From: Microthyrium microscopicum
Taxonomy: Eukaryota
Reading direction: 5' to 3'
Assembly: GCA_010405405.1 (NCBI GenBank)
Contig: MU004230.1
Span: 3,444,627-3,508,626, forward strand
Length of the DNA: 64,000 nucleotides
Positions 1 through 10,651 of this stretch are shown in pieces (the first letter of the stretch is position 1; every line of letters starts with the position of its first letter). Below the pieces are notes generated by a model. The model was not told where the DNA came from and ran no database searches. It saw only the letters and a program-made list of their open reading frames with translations. The translations under genes and the position numbers were made by a program.

Positions 1-417
1 AAACAGCCAGGTTAGATGAGGAGTAAGCTGTGGAGCTTCATACATACACCATGACACCTATTTTCAAGTTAATTGCTGCGCACCTAGTCTCGAAAAGCTA
101 CCACTTACCAATAATAATGAATCCAAGAAGAACAGAACCGGGTCCACCAGTCTGAAAAGCATTACCAGAACCGACAAAGAGACCAGCACCAATTGCACCA
201 CCACTTCGCGCATGTCAGCATCGTCCTCTCGAATCCGAAGGTCCTCAACTTACATGGCAATCATCTGCATGTGTCGTCCTTTGAGATCTTTGTGAAGCGC
301 ATTTGCGCCAACTTCTGGGTCGGCATGGTAAGTACCTCCTTCGTGAGCAGTATCATACTCGGGAGCAGCATGAGCGTGCTTCTCGCCGAGATCACCGCTT
401 TTTGGTTCGTAACTCAT
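1..417 (-). CDS. Amino acid permease (YAT/APC family), 5' part; gene continues beyond the window start
   Basis: ATG at 417. The spliced translation is MSYEPKSGDLGEK...LHKDLKGRHMQMIAI|GGAIGAGLFVGSGNAFQTGGPGSVLLGFIII|GVMV, the classic fungal amino acid permease TM1 signature. Introns 204-253 and 58-108; a third intron starts at 47. Confidence 0.9.
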
Positions 418-589
418 GGTTGCGGTTGCGATTTACGTAGGTAGGAAACGAAGAAATCGACCAGGCCGTGAATTTAATTTGAATAGAAATGCTATGACCG
501 GGTCTTTAAAGCGTCAAGCAACGACCGCAAGCTACCCCAGCGCCCGCACCGCTGCAACGCGACTCATCAAGCCATGTACGGCAAATCAT

Positions 590-900
590 AGATAAGCAGC
601 ATCCCTCGCGTGTTGAAGGGTTGCTACTGGTCCCTGCGATGCTCGTAATCAGCATCCGAGCAATCGGATCCGCAAAAGGTATAGAGCTGATTTGGGGAAG
701 GTGACATTGTAACACCGTGACACCCCACGGCAGATAACCAGGTTCGTGGAAATTGATGTTTTATGGGGAAGTGGCGGTATACGACCAATGCCGTGCGTTC
801 AAGATGGATGTGGCGCTATACTACTGTACCCTAAAGTGGTGATTGACGAGGTTCTTTGCCTAATCATCCTTTGACAACACCAATACCGTCACTAAGATAA
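590..900. promoter_or_regulatory. Cluster of HGATAR sites (possible AreA/NIT2 nitrogen regulation) upstream of the permease
   Basis: AGATAA at about 590, 732 and 895, within 500 bp of the permease ATG. The motif is short, so this is only contextual support. Confidence 0.3.
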
Positions 901-2581
901 AGCCGCTCGCGGTAGAACCGCACAAGCGGCGGATAGGGTCACAAGAGCACTTTCAAACGCAAAGAGTAGTTCGGCCATTTTCATTGGATAGAAATGTAAC
1001 CGCATATCTCAAGATATGTCTAGGATTGTGCACTTTTGGGTTCATTTAAAGGTCTAGATGCCTTTTGAATGTGTTAAGAAACCATATTATATCCATCAGG
1101 CTTCAAGATCGGATAGCAGCTCGTCGCGATCAACTTCTGCACGATGGGAAAATCGGTGTTGGCTGTCTGTAAGCCTCATGTGAGCCTCATGCAGGCGTTT
1201 TCTTCAACCAACCTCCTCAAGCAAACGGACCTTTTCTTTCAAAGCCGAAGTGATAGCAAAAGCTAGCTGTCACTAAACACGACGCGTCGGATACAAAACT
1301 TGAAGCCAGAATCTGCCTTACCAGAAAGGATCAAACAAACAAAGGACCCTGATCTGAAACATTGCTTACACGAATATCTTCAGCATTCAGAATTCTTATA
1401 CTCTTGTGGTATTCAAATCATAAGTTGTATAAGCAACGGAGCTGGTTCAGTTACTCCATAAGCCTTTGTCAGTATGAATTTATATGAATGACAAACTGAA
1501 AGCAGCAATGCATAACATTGTAAGATTATCGGATCAGGAATCAGGATATCAGATGGTTACATCCCGATTTCACTAGTATGGACCCTTCTTACGCCACACT
1601 CCACCCTCTAACTCTACGGAGAGTCGGAGGCATATTTCAGCACCCGAGGCATATTCCGCAGTCAGCTATTCGTATTATTATTCCGTTGTACAGAGTCCAG
1701 ATTATCTCACTATCAGTCAAAAGTTCCCGCTAGACGTTGAAAAGCAGTAGACCTTTTCTAAGCGCTACTAGCCGCTTTGGACTAACGGATCTAACTGAAG
1801 ATTTCCTTCTAAGCAAAGGTTCGTCGGCGAGGCCGATTTGGGTGGTAACAACTTACAAGGGTCCACAGCGATTCGTTCGCCTCCTCACATCCACTCATAA
1901 TGAACCGCGAGAGTGTTAGCAAATAACATGACAGTCTTTTCAAATAATAATGGCCGAAAAGATCTGGAGCAGAGCAAGAGATTTTTCGAATTTTGACCTT
2001 TCATTCTTACACTTTCGAGTTTCGATCTTTCTAGGTATGATCCATATTGTGGCGCATGAACATTTCCATCCATGGATGGCTCTAAAGTTGATATAAAAGA
2101 TACTTTAGAACAGGTCCTTCATCTTAACATGCCAACCCTCGACGAGCGAGCAATCCCTAGTTCTTCATGCAGCGAGTCCCTTGGACATACAGAGAAGGTA
2201 AATAAAATGACAATTCAAAGTCAAGATGTCTCTTCAGGCGATGTCCCATTGTAGAGATTCCTTCACGTCTCCTCCAAGCTTTCACATAGAACAGGTACGC
2301 GACTGAACAAAAAGCTTATATACATGAGAACTATAGCAGCATGTACTATATACTTCGTAATTCATCATTGGGTCTATAGGTATAGTAGTAGAGTATTTAA
2401 TTTCGCGCCATTATCCACATAGAGACAGGGTTCCGACTAGGTAAAGTAATTTGGATTTAACAAGAATGTCAGACCTATATACAGCTGCAGATCTTGCAAA
2501 ATAGAACATAGAAGTTGATGGACTGGATAACTTCAATCGCAAAGTAACGGAAAATTGTGTTCTCAGTTGCACAGTTTTACA

Positions 2582-3522
2582 ATGGCCATCAAGAGCGTTG
2601 TCCTCCTAGGACTTGCGACATTATTTGCTCCGGTTATTGCACAATCCGCGTCCGAAACAGCAGCATGCAAAGGTTGGTCCATGAATAGCCCAAACTGATG
2701 TATATTTATTGACGATCGTCCACAAGGTCAATCCTGCTGGATCGCTGATCTTAGCACTTCTACTGGAAATGAATACAAGCTAAGAAATGGACAAAAGGCT
2801 GGCGGTGGTGACTCTCAAGGAGATGATTGTATCCGCAAATGCTTAATCAAGCTTGGCCATCCTGAAGCTCCTGGACTGAAGACGACTAAATATGGAGCAC
2901 AAACGGATCTCTGTACGGCAGTCAGTGCACCCAAAAAAGAGAAACGAGCAACTTTAGAAGAAAGACAATCTTGCAAGCCTTATTCCCTACTTTTTGGTCG
3001 AGGCACTTTGGAAGGAGCAGGTTTGGGATTGGTAGGACGACCACTTGCGTCAGCTGCTGGAAGTAACTGGACTTCTCAAGCTATCAACTACGATGCTACT
3101 ATGATGGGAATCAACTGCATTGGACTTCCAGGTGGAACAAAGTGTGTGGATCAACTCAACAGCCTTGCGAGCAAATGTCCAAACACCAAAATTGTAGTTG
3201 GCGGATACAGTCAAGGAGCAATGGTTGCAAGAATCTGCGTTGCGTATGCAACTCCACAAGCAAGAAAACAAGTCGCAGTAAGTTTTGATTGGAAAACTAT
3301 TTCGGATTTGAACTGACGAGTATATAGGGAATGGTTTTGTTCGGAGATCCATTCAATGGTGCTCCAGTTAAGGATTTCCCTACAGACAGGATCAAGGATT
3401 ACTGCGAGGCAACCGATGGTGTTTGTGCAGGAAAGCTTTCAATATCTCTTGGTCATTTGGCTTATCCTACGTCGGCTGTGTCTGACGCTGCCAAATGGAT
3501 CAATTCTATAGTGAAGAAGTAG
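2582..3522 (+). CDS. Secreted cutinase (CE5) with N-terminal Cys-rich extension, 278 aa
   Basis: Exons 2582-2672, 2727-3277 and 3328-3522. Signal peptide MAIKSVVLLGLATLFAPVIA; motifs FGRGTLE, CPNTKIVVGGYSQGA (catalytic Ser), LFGDP, C-x3-DGVC (Asp) and GHLAY (His). Confidence 0.93.
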
Positions 3523-4492
3523 ATGAAAATACTCAGAAGTACTACTACATCATTAATAGGTGCTTAAATTGCTAGTAAAGAACGCGTAGATTGGTGTCCT
3601 TCATATTCCTTGGGGTCAAAATGCAGTCTCGTATAGCCCATATCAAAATGGCTGCGTTATGTAGCAGGGAGCTACAGTGGTTGATAATGGATATGGCATG
3701 AACGTAAAGTTATGCCTGCTACAGAAGAGGCACGAGATATCTGATTTAAAACGACCAAAGTAAATACCTGCAACATAGTACTCTGTCTCTTTCAGTAGAT
3801 GCCTCGTTCACTCTGTTCCTACTTTGTCACGCTCAAAATCTGCATAAGTGATCTTTAACATAATGATCTTTAGTATGGCTTGAGTCTGACCTGTTAGCAC
3901 ACTCAAGATCTTATGATAGTGAAGATCACTCTTCCACTAACATCTCTTTCAAGCATGCAGACAATCCCGAATGAATATTCTCTTGTAACCTTGAAACTAC
4001 CTAGGGAAGTTCTTGGCTCAAATACTGCTTCGGTCCCATATATGGTCAAAAGGTGTGTGGATTTGAAGAATAAGTCAGACCCATTGATTGGCTGAATGGT
4101 CCCAAAAGGGTTGGCGAGAGAGCTGAGTATACAGGAGAAAAATACCCGATTGGGCACTCAGCAAAGCTTACCATCATACTTCTTCACATTCGAATTGCGA
4201 TGGGCATACCGAAAAGTCTCCGTTGAAGAGGGGGACAGCAGCCATGTTCACTGAAAGGGTGCTTTCAGTGACTGAGACGTGCAACATCTGATAAATATGT
4301 TTTTCAAGAGCATTTGATATCCGATTCTGATAAGTATGGATCGCTATCATGGAGCTTCTACAAGTACAATGCACTAACTAAGGCACAACCAACATTCACT
4401 GTTCAGGCAGCCAACACCAAGGACATTCCCAAGTATCAGAGAAAGAATCAGGTTTTATCTGTATTTTCTGCTTATCCTGACAATTGCTTACT

Positions 4493-5599
4493 TCACTTCC
4501 GTGGTTGATGAGGAATCTTTCTTGCCCGCTGAGTGGAGTCCTCCTCTGCAATGTGCGCATCACGCTCTTTGGCTCGGGACTTCTTCATCGCTTGCTCTCG
4601 CTCTTGGTGTTCGGTCGATTTTTCGACAGCACAAAGCTCGGCTTTGAGGTCGGCAATTTTTTGTTCGTTGATCTCACGCAACAGGAGCGCTTCTTTCAGA
4701 TCTTCTTTGATCTTGTGCTGCTTCGCTGTGGCGGAGAGCTCGTGTTTCTGGTCAGTATCATCAGATTCCTCGTCAATCGTGCTAGAAGTTAGCACCTCGC
4801 AGTCGGAGGCAACGGAATCTGGATCAGGCTGGCGTGTACCATTCGAAGCGGGATGGATTTTCTCATCCTCGAGCATATAGTCAAGGCGATGGATATATGT
4901 GCCACACTCAACGCAGGGTCCAAAGACCCCATTACCATCCTTATTGAGAAGCATGGCATATTCACAATCCAAGCAAAATACATGGCCACAGTTGCTTATT
5001 CTGGCTGACTTGTAGGGTTTCGTGTCGCAGCAAACGCATTTGTATGGATCGTGATCCTCTGCTGGAGCGATTGATTCGTCTTTGGACTCTGGGCGTTCAT
5101 AGCAGTCCTCGCCGCTGTCATGGCTATCCTCATCACTATCCTCATCGTCGCCTTCAGACTCCGAACCCGAGGATGTGCCGGATAGATCGTCCTCATTCAC
5201 AGGACGGAGACCATCCAGTTCGTGCTGCGTGCCACACTGAACACAAGCACCATCAACAACTTGCCAGGTGCAGGAGCTACAGCGGTATGAATGGTCTTCA
5301 TCATCCCATATCGCATCAGGCAGTCCAGCATCGTCGGCACGCTGGGAGCCGGGACCCTCATCAGACTCCTCGTACTCCATACCGCAGCCAACACATTCCC
5401 CAACAACAATCTCCCAGGCACAAGAACCACATCGGTCAACCTCGTCATCGGATTCCTCATCGTCCGAGTCATCATCATCCGTCACGCCATCGCCAATATC
5501 ATCATCGCCAGTCTCGTCGTCTGCTGCCTCACTTTTGGTACTCTCAAGGTCGCCAGTATCGTCGATGAAAGATCCGTTGTCGGCATCTCGGTCAGACAT
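4493..5599 (-). CDS. C3HC4 RING-finger protein (putative E3 ligase, Psh1-like) with acidic tracts, two CxxC-W-G-CxxC motifs and a C-terminal coiled coil
   Basis: Likely start at ATG 5599 (MSDRDADNG). RING is CVCC-x12-CGH-x2-CLDC-x16-CVEC; the two extra motifs are CGSCAWEIVVGECVGCG and CSSCTWQVVDGACVQCG. Confidence 0.75.
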   Translation of the reverse strand: MSDRDADNGSFIDDTGDLESTKSEAADDETGDDDIGDGVTDDDDSDDEESDDEVDRCGSCAWEIVVGECVGCGMEYEESDEGPGSQRADDAGLPDAIWDDEDHSYRCSSCTWQVVDGACVQCGTQHELDGLRPVNEDDLSGTSSGSESEGDDEDSDEDSHDSGEDCYERPESKDESIAPAEDHDPYKCVCCDTKPYKSARISNCGHVFCLDCEYAMLLNKDGNGVFGPCVECGTYIHRLDYMLEDEKIHPASNGTRQPDPDSVASDCEVLTSSTIDEESDDTDQKHELSATAKQHKIKEDLKEALLLREINEQKIADLKAELCAVEKSTEHQEREQAMKKSRAKERDAHIAEEDSTQRARKIPHQPRK

Positions 5600-6517
5600 G
5601 GTGGCACTTATGACAGCTGTACCGCTCTCTGTTTCTTGTTTCACAGAACTTGATAATCCAATTAGCAATTTCGAACTAAAGAGCCAGAACCGAAGCAGCA
5701 GAGAATAAATGTAGCTACCTGGAGTCCATTGTGCCGGAATTTGCTGGAAGTTAAGCGCTCTTAAATGTGCAGAGCGTTGAAGGGCACCCAATTCGGATGG
5801 TCTTGGAAAGGCGAGTTGAAGATGATGGAGGTTAGAGCTGGGAAAGTTTTTGTATTGTCCCCTCGCGATAGAAGTCTGGATATGGAGTCAATGTGGGGTG
5901 AATAAATTTTATTTTTGAGGTTTCAATAATTGAGTGTTGGCGTAAATACAAGTATATTATTGATGACTATCAATACCTGAACGAATGAGCGCGTGGACTG
6001 AAGAAGCTAAACATCTGTGCCTTCCAACTTGGGAGTGCCACCTTCTTAATAAGATACTTGGAGCCATCTTGCTACCGCGATATCTAAGTACATTGACTTA
6101 CTTGGACACTAAAATGTAAGAAAGTCAGAGATTGTGCCTTCTAATGCTGCAATTTAAACTGCGGTGGCTTTTGAGGCCATACCATTAGTGAAGTCCACCG
6201 CAGTACTTCAGTCAATGATATGTGGCAGATAACTCGTATGTACCTACCTTATGTGCCCAGGTACCAAGTAGGTAAATAGTGTCATTTAGGCTCATTGAAG
6301 AAGCTGATTGTTGAGATCATCTATTACTAGCTGCCGTACGTTTTCTGTCGTAGTGGTAGTAATGTAGCAGTGTCCAGCCACTAATTGCCTACGGCGTTGC
6401 TACTTCTCAATGCGAGATTAAAGCTCCGAAAAACTCCAAGATTTGAAGAATCAGTTGCAGCTTGAAAAGTAGAATGGCATTATTTCAATCCTTCATTCCT
6501 GCTAGAGGAAGAGCAGA

Positions 6518-7441
6518 CTAAGCTTTATTTATCACCTCCAGTATAAACTTCCTCGTCTCCTCCCCAATCAAAGTTGGATTCTCTTCCTGCAAATAATGCG
6601 TGCCAGGTCCAATCCCTACACTTTTAAGATTCTTGAAACTGGCCTCAATTTCTGTTAACTTCGCCATAGGATTGACTCGTCCAGGCGCTGCCCAAAACAT
6701 CAACTTCGGCACCTCACTCGCTTCAAGCCAAGTCCAATAATCATCCACCATCTTCGCTACATCTGTTGGATTCCCATCGAAAGGAATCTCATTGGGAAAC
6801 CGGTATAACGGCTCCCGGTCCTTCGGATCCAAGAACGGTTTGCGATAATGTCGCATCTCCGCTTCACTCAGATCTCGTGCAGTCCCATCCCGACCAAGGA
6901 TAACCTCAATAAATAGATTTTGGTCGATGATCATCTCACGACCGGGCTTTTCCGTTCGAATGTTAGTGAAGAGCGTACGAGGCGCTTCAGGTAGATCTTG
7001 GAGAGATTTGCCTGCACATATGAACTCCATGAAGACGAGCCCAGCAACTCGAGAAGGATTTTTGCTGGCCCAGTCAAAGCCGAGGGCGGAACCCCAGTCG
7101 TGGATTACGAGAAATAATTCCTCTGTCTGTTCTTTTGGAGCGACTGCGTCCAGAAAGGCGGCGATATATTGCACGTGCTCTCGGACATAGTAGCCGTTAG
7201 ATGGCATCTTGCCCGAGTCACCAAAGCCGACAAGGTCGGGGGCAATACATCGAGCAATTGGTGAGATGTGCGGGATTATGTTTCGGTACAGATAAGAGGA
7301 CGTGGGATTTCCATGAAGAAATACCACTGTTGGCGCATTTGCCGCTGGCAAGCCTGTGTCAACGTAGGCGATGGTACTGTCTAGCACGGCCACACGTTCC
7401 TTCGTGAAGGGAAAGTCGGCAGATATTGATGGAGAGGTCAT
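6518..7441 (-). CDS. dhaA: Haloalkane dehalogenase (alpha/beta hydrolase, HLD-II/DhaA-LinB type), intronless
   Basis: ATG at 7441. Motifs FLHGNPTSSYLYRNIIP, RCIAPDLVGFGDSGK, IHDWGSALG (Asp nucleophile plus Trp), FMEF (Glu) and HYLQEENP (His). Confidence 0.9.
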   Translation of the reverse strand: MTSPSISADFPFTKERVAVLDSTIAYVDTGLPAANAPTVVFLHGNPTSSYLYRNIIPHISPIARCIAPDLVGFGDSGKMPSNGYYVREHVQYIAAFLDAVAPKEQTEELFLVIHDWGSALGFDWASKNPSRVAGLVFMEFICAGKSLQDLPEAPRTLFTNIRTEKPGREMIIDQNLFIEVILGRDGTARDLSEAEMRHYRKPFLDPKDREPLYRFPNEIPFDGNPTDVAKMVDDYWTWLEASEVPKLMFWAAPGRVNPMAKLTEIEASFKNLKSVGIGPGTHYLQEENPTLIGEETRKFILEVINKA

Positions 7442-8939
7442 CTTGAAGGTTTTCAAGAAGGTAGTTGGCTCACAAGGATTAAAACTCGATGCGATGTTCA
7501 GATATAAGTGTGTTCAGTAACTTTCATGGTAAGTTCCTCTGCGTTGATCATATGCGAGGTCAAGTTCTATGGTCAAGATCTGTACTAGGTTTGGTCAAAA
7601 GTGACTCATAACTGAAAATCAAATCTTATTTCCGCTTGAATATCTAATTTATTACAAAGACAACATGGGTAGTTGAGTAAGAAGTGGAGGACAACATGTG
7701 TTTTGGATTAGTGATTCATGGTCGCACGAAGTATATTCGAAACAGCGGATTTGCAGAAGACAAAACCTGAAGTAAAAGCTGAGCCGGGTTGGTGCTGTTG
7801 TTTGGCTTATCAGCTTGCAATTTCTCAAGTCCATTTCCTGGACTCTCGACTTTTCATGAGACTGTTAAGGAAATGTTCGGTGGTACTAGTCCTTGTGGTC
7901 TTCCTTTAAGTTATAAGTCGAAGTGATAAAGTTTCTACCCTTCTGCCAACGACAAGATTGATAGAAAACATACTGGTCATTGCACACATAATAGTATAGG
8001 ACCTTATGAGTTGAGCAGGTCTAGAATGTTACTTGGCGCATGGAAACTAGCTCAATTTCTGAAAGTTTGGTATACTGCGCCACAGTCAGGGGTTTACCGT
8101 GAACATGGCCATGCAGTGCTGTGTTTCCCATATAAGGCCACATTTCCCATCAAGTGCGATAGGCTCTTTCGTACATTATTTTCGTAGAGCGTAATGACGA
8201 CCGTCATTTATAGGGGAGACCTATGGATGTCAGCTGTTTATATCATTCATGTATACATGACTTTTCTGTGTTCGTCCTGTAAAATTCTAGTAATCGCACA
8301 TGCGACTCAAGAGAGCACGTTGGAAATGATAAATTTAGGAATCTTTGGCAAAGAGGATTTTGATAGTGTGTCCTATGACCTGGTGGATAATCCTCCTCAG
8401 CGAAACGGTTGTATCTACCTGCTATCTCTTAGTAAGATTGATAAACCTCAACCTCACAAGAATGAGAATAGGAATGACTTAACACATATGAACTCCGCCT
8501 TCGCCTTCCCGCGCGGGAAATAAAATCCCCTAAAAATGTATTTAAAGTTCTTACTCTTGGCTCAGATTCGAAATTGTAGGCGCAGTCCGCCCAATCATCG
8601 CCCCTGAACTCAGCAACCTTGAAACCGCAAGTGGACTGGTGCAGCGTGGTGGCTGAGGGAGATGAAATGGCCAAACAGTGAGATTCATAATCATTCCTTT
8701 TGTGCTGATGGACTCACACAGCTCACGCAGCTGAGGCGGACCTACTACCACATATAGCATTAATTTAATGGTGAGCATTCCCAATTTCGTGTCCTTTTCG
8801 TTGTTACAACTCCGTTCGATCGTGATATTCAATACGAGTTCGACACGCACTCTATGAAGACTCAATGAAAGTAACAGTTCCACAGAGCAGCCATTCTAAC
8901 GGATCGCAAGCTCGCTACTATCACAACAACTCCAGCGCA

Positions 8940-9723
8940 ATGTCCTTTCCCTTAAAACCTCATGCATACACGCAAGTCAATCGGGGTACCGAATACGGAG
9001 GATATGGAGACTCCGAAGGCATGATATCTGGTTTACAATACGAAGATAGAGTAAGTGCAAGTCGACCGGCCATTATCGGCCATTACATCTAACGCATCAA
9101 AGGCACTGAAAACACGAATTCGCCGTCTTCGAGTCCTTTCCCGCACCCTCACCACCATCCTCTCCATCGGCGCTTTCGTTCCCATTGCGATCACACTCAA
9201 GACCTTCCTTTCGACTCGAGGCGAATTCCGCGACGCACTCAACATCGGGACTGGCCTCACCACACGGCGTAATGCATGGTCCAAAGGATCCAAAAACTGG
9301 CCAACATACATGTACTTTGGCGTCGCAGCAACGTCACTTCTACTCAACGCATGCATGCTGGCCGGCTACTTATTCTCGGTACGCGCTGCAAACATAGCAT
9401 CGACGGTAGCGACACTGTGGGAATGGTTGATAATGTTGGGCAATTTTGGATTTTGGTTGGCTGGTGTGATCATCTACCGGACAGAGAAAGACAAGGGTGG
9501 TGTGAGCAACGATATTTGGGGGTGGACGTGTAGTACCGGAGCACAAAACGTGCAGGATGCTTTCAAAGATCTGATCGACTTCGAGAAATTGTGCCAGACA
9601 CAGAGCAGTAGCTGGTATATTGGAATGATTCAGGTGGGAAGTACAATCGTTACAGTCGTGACGTTTTGGTTTGTGTTTAGTCGAAGGTCAGTCAAGACGA
9701 GGGTGAAAAGTATGCGGGTCTGA
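8940..9723 (+). CDS. Conserved fungal membrane protein with about four TM segments (MARVEL-like)
   Basis: ATG 8940, intron 9051-9102 (GTAAGT..CTAAC..AAG). Four hydrophobic segments and a DIWGWTC..LC motif. Confidence 0.75.
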
Positions 9724-10651
9724 GAGTGTACGACATCATGACATGAACGGCCTCGGTGACTGGAAAGGGATTGCATTGATTACTAGCGACTCTGAAATAG
9801 CATAGCATTATGAATAAGGGTCGGAAAAGACCCAGGATAGTTCGTCTATACACAAGGAAACTGCTTAGCTTCTGATTCAAATCAATACAACCTCAACCAC
9901 TAGGTTCGATAACGGTAATGGCAACACCATACGTCCTGGACATATGAGAGATTGACGAGCAAGATAATGAATAAGAGAGCCGAAGCAGAATGCCAGCTGT
10001 TAGCGCGGCCATTATAGTAATCACAAGTACCAAGAACTACCCTTTTCCCAAACCGCCATCTCGCAATGCTCCTTCTCCTGAGAAACAAGTGCAAACACCG
10101 TGCCGGACCAACAACCAAAAATACGAAGAGTCCATAAGAGGGATCCAAACAAACAAAATCAAAGCCCACTCCCGCACACCAATATCAAGTTCCAGATGCT
10201 AATCTTGGCCGCCTGGGGTTTTACCCCAGCCTTTGTTTGGGTATCTTCCTGGTTTGTGACTTCAAGTTCCCCTTTCTCCAGACGACGAACAAAGGAAAGC
10301 ATACTCCAACCAAGCAACAAAATATAGAATAGAAGTTTTGAACACCGAACAAACGTTTGAAGGGGCGCGAAATCTCCAACGGAGAAAGTAGCTCCTGCGG
10401 TCTTGTAGCAGCAACGCGGCGATATGACTTGCATGAAGAAATCATCCAGGAGAAGGCAGAAGAAGCCAGATTACAGTTTCCGGAAAGTAAGTCTGAGCCG
10501 TAGCGCTGTTGGAACCCAAAGAAAGCAAAATCAACCATACACAAACAACACCGTACTAGCTGCCCTATCCACAGTGCAAATGTTCAATCGTGCTCCAATA
10601 ATGCAAACATAGGAAAAGATAAATCTGCAAACAGGCGGCGTCCTGACAAGA

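Noticed and set aside
4248..4271. Perfect 10-bp stem hairpin TCACTGAAAG-ggtg-CTTTCAGTGA
   Set aside because: Roughly one stem of this size is expected by chance in 64 kb, and there is no supporting context.
8506..8519. 14-bp palindrome TTCCCGCGCGGGAA (E2F-like)
   Set aside because: Several 14-bp palindromes are expected by chance, and canonical E2F is not established in this fungal group.
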